Assembly (NCBI RefSeq): GCF_964355755.1
Contig: NC_092674.1
Location: forward strand, 2,170,001-2,234,000
Source: Antedon mediterranea
Taxonomy: Eukaryota > Animalia > Echinodermata
Length of the DNA stretch: 64,000 bases
Reading direction: 5' to 3'
Positions 63,906 to 64,000 of this stretch are shown here, one piece after another (the first letter of the stretch is position 1; every line of letters starts with the position of its first letter). Made by a program: the position numbers and the translations under genes. The notes beneath the pieces were generated by a model, which was not told where the DNA came from, ran no database searches, and saw nothing but the letters and a program-made list of their open reading frames with translations.

Positions 63906-64000
63906 GTTTGTGTGAATAATTATCGGTTTGTCATTGTCAATAGTCAACAGTGTTATTATCGTTGTTAAAATCACCACATTGTAATTATCAATTGTTTTTA

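Overview
AT-rich animal genomic DNA, probably a marine invertebrate (inferred from the repeat repertoire; not established). Five intron-rich genes were assembled by hand from splice sites and reading frames: the 3' part of a type II diacylglycerol kinase (DGKH/DGKD-like, +, 1327-18336), a complete GDE2-type glycerophosphodiesterase (GDPD5-like, +, 26378-33147), TRAPPC14/MAP11 (+, 51643-56847), LAMTOR4 (-, 60116-59111, missed by the ORF track) and the 5' part of UVRAG (+, 60494 to the window end). Introns carry about 25 copies of one Tourist-like MITE plus other MITEs, SINE remnants and minisatellites. The most striking structure is a 14,856-bp non-autonomous foldback/Mutator-like element (36781-51636) with ~47-bp terminal inverted repeats and a 9-bp target-site duplication, GAGACGATG, that contains the TRAPPC14 start codon. 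Its body is two oppositely oriented arrays of a palindromic ~101-bp satellite around telomere-motif palindromes and nested transposons. Also notable are a 377-bp LAMTOR4/UVRAG head-to-head gap with CLEAR-like E-boxes and a convergent TRAPPC14-LAMTOR4 pair as in human. Gene names rest on recalled protein motifs; no database search was run.
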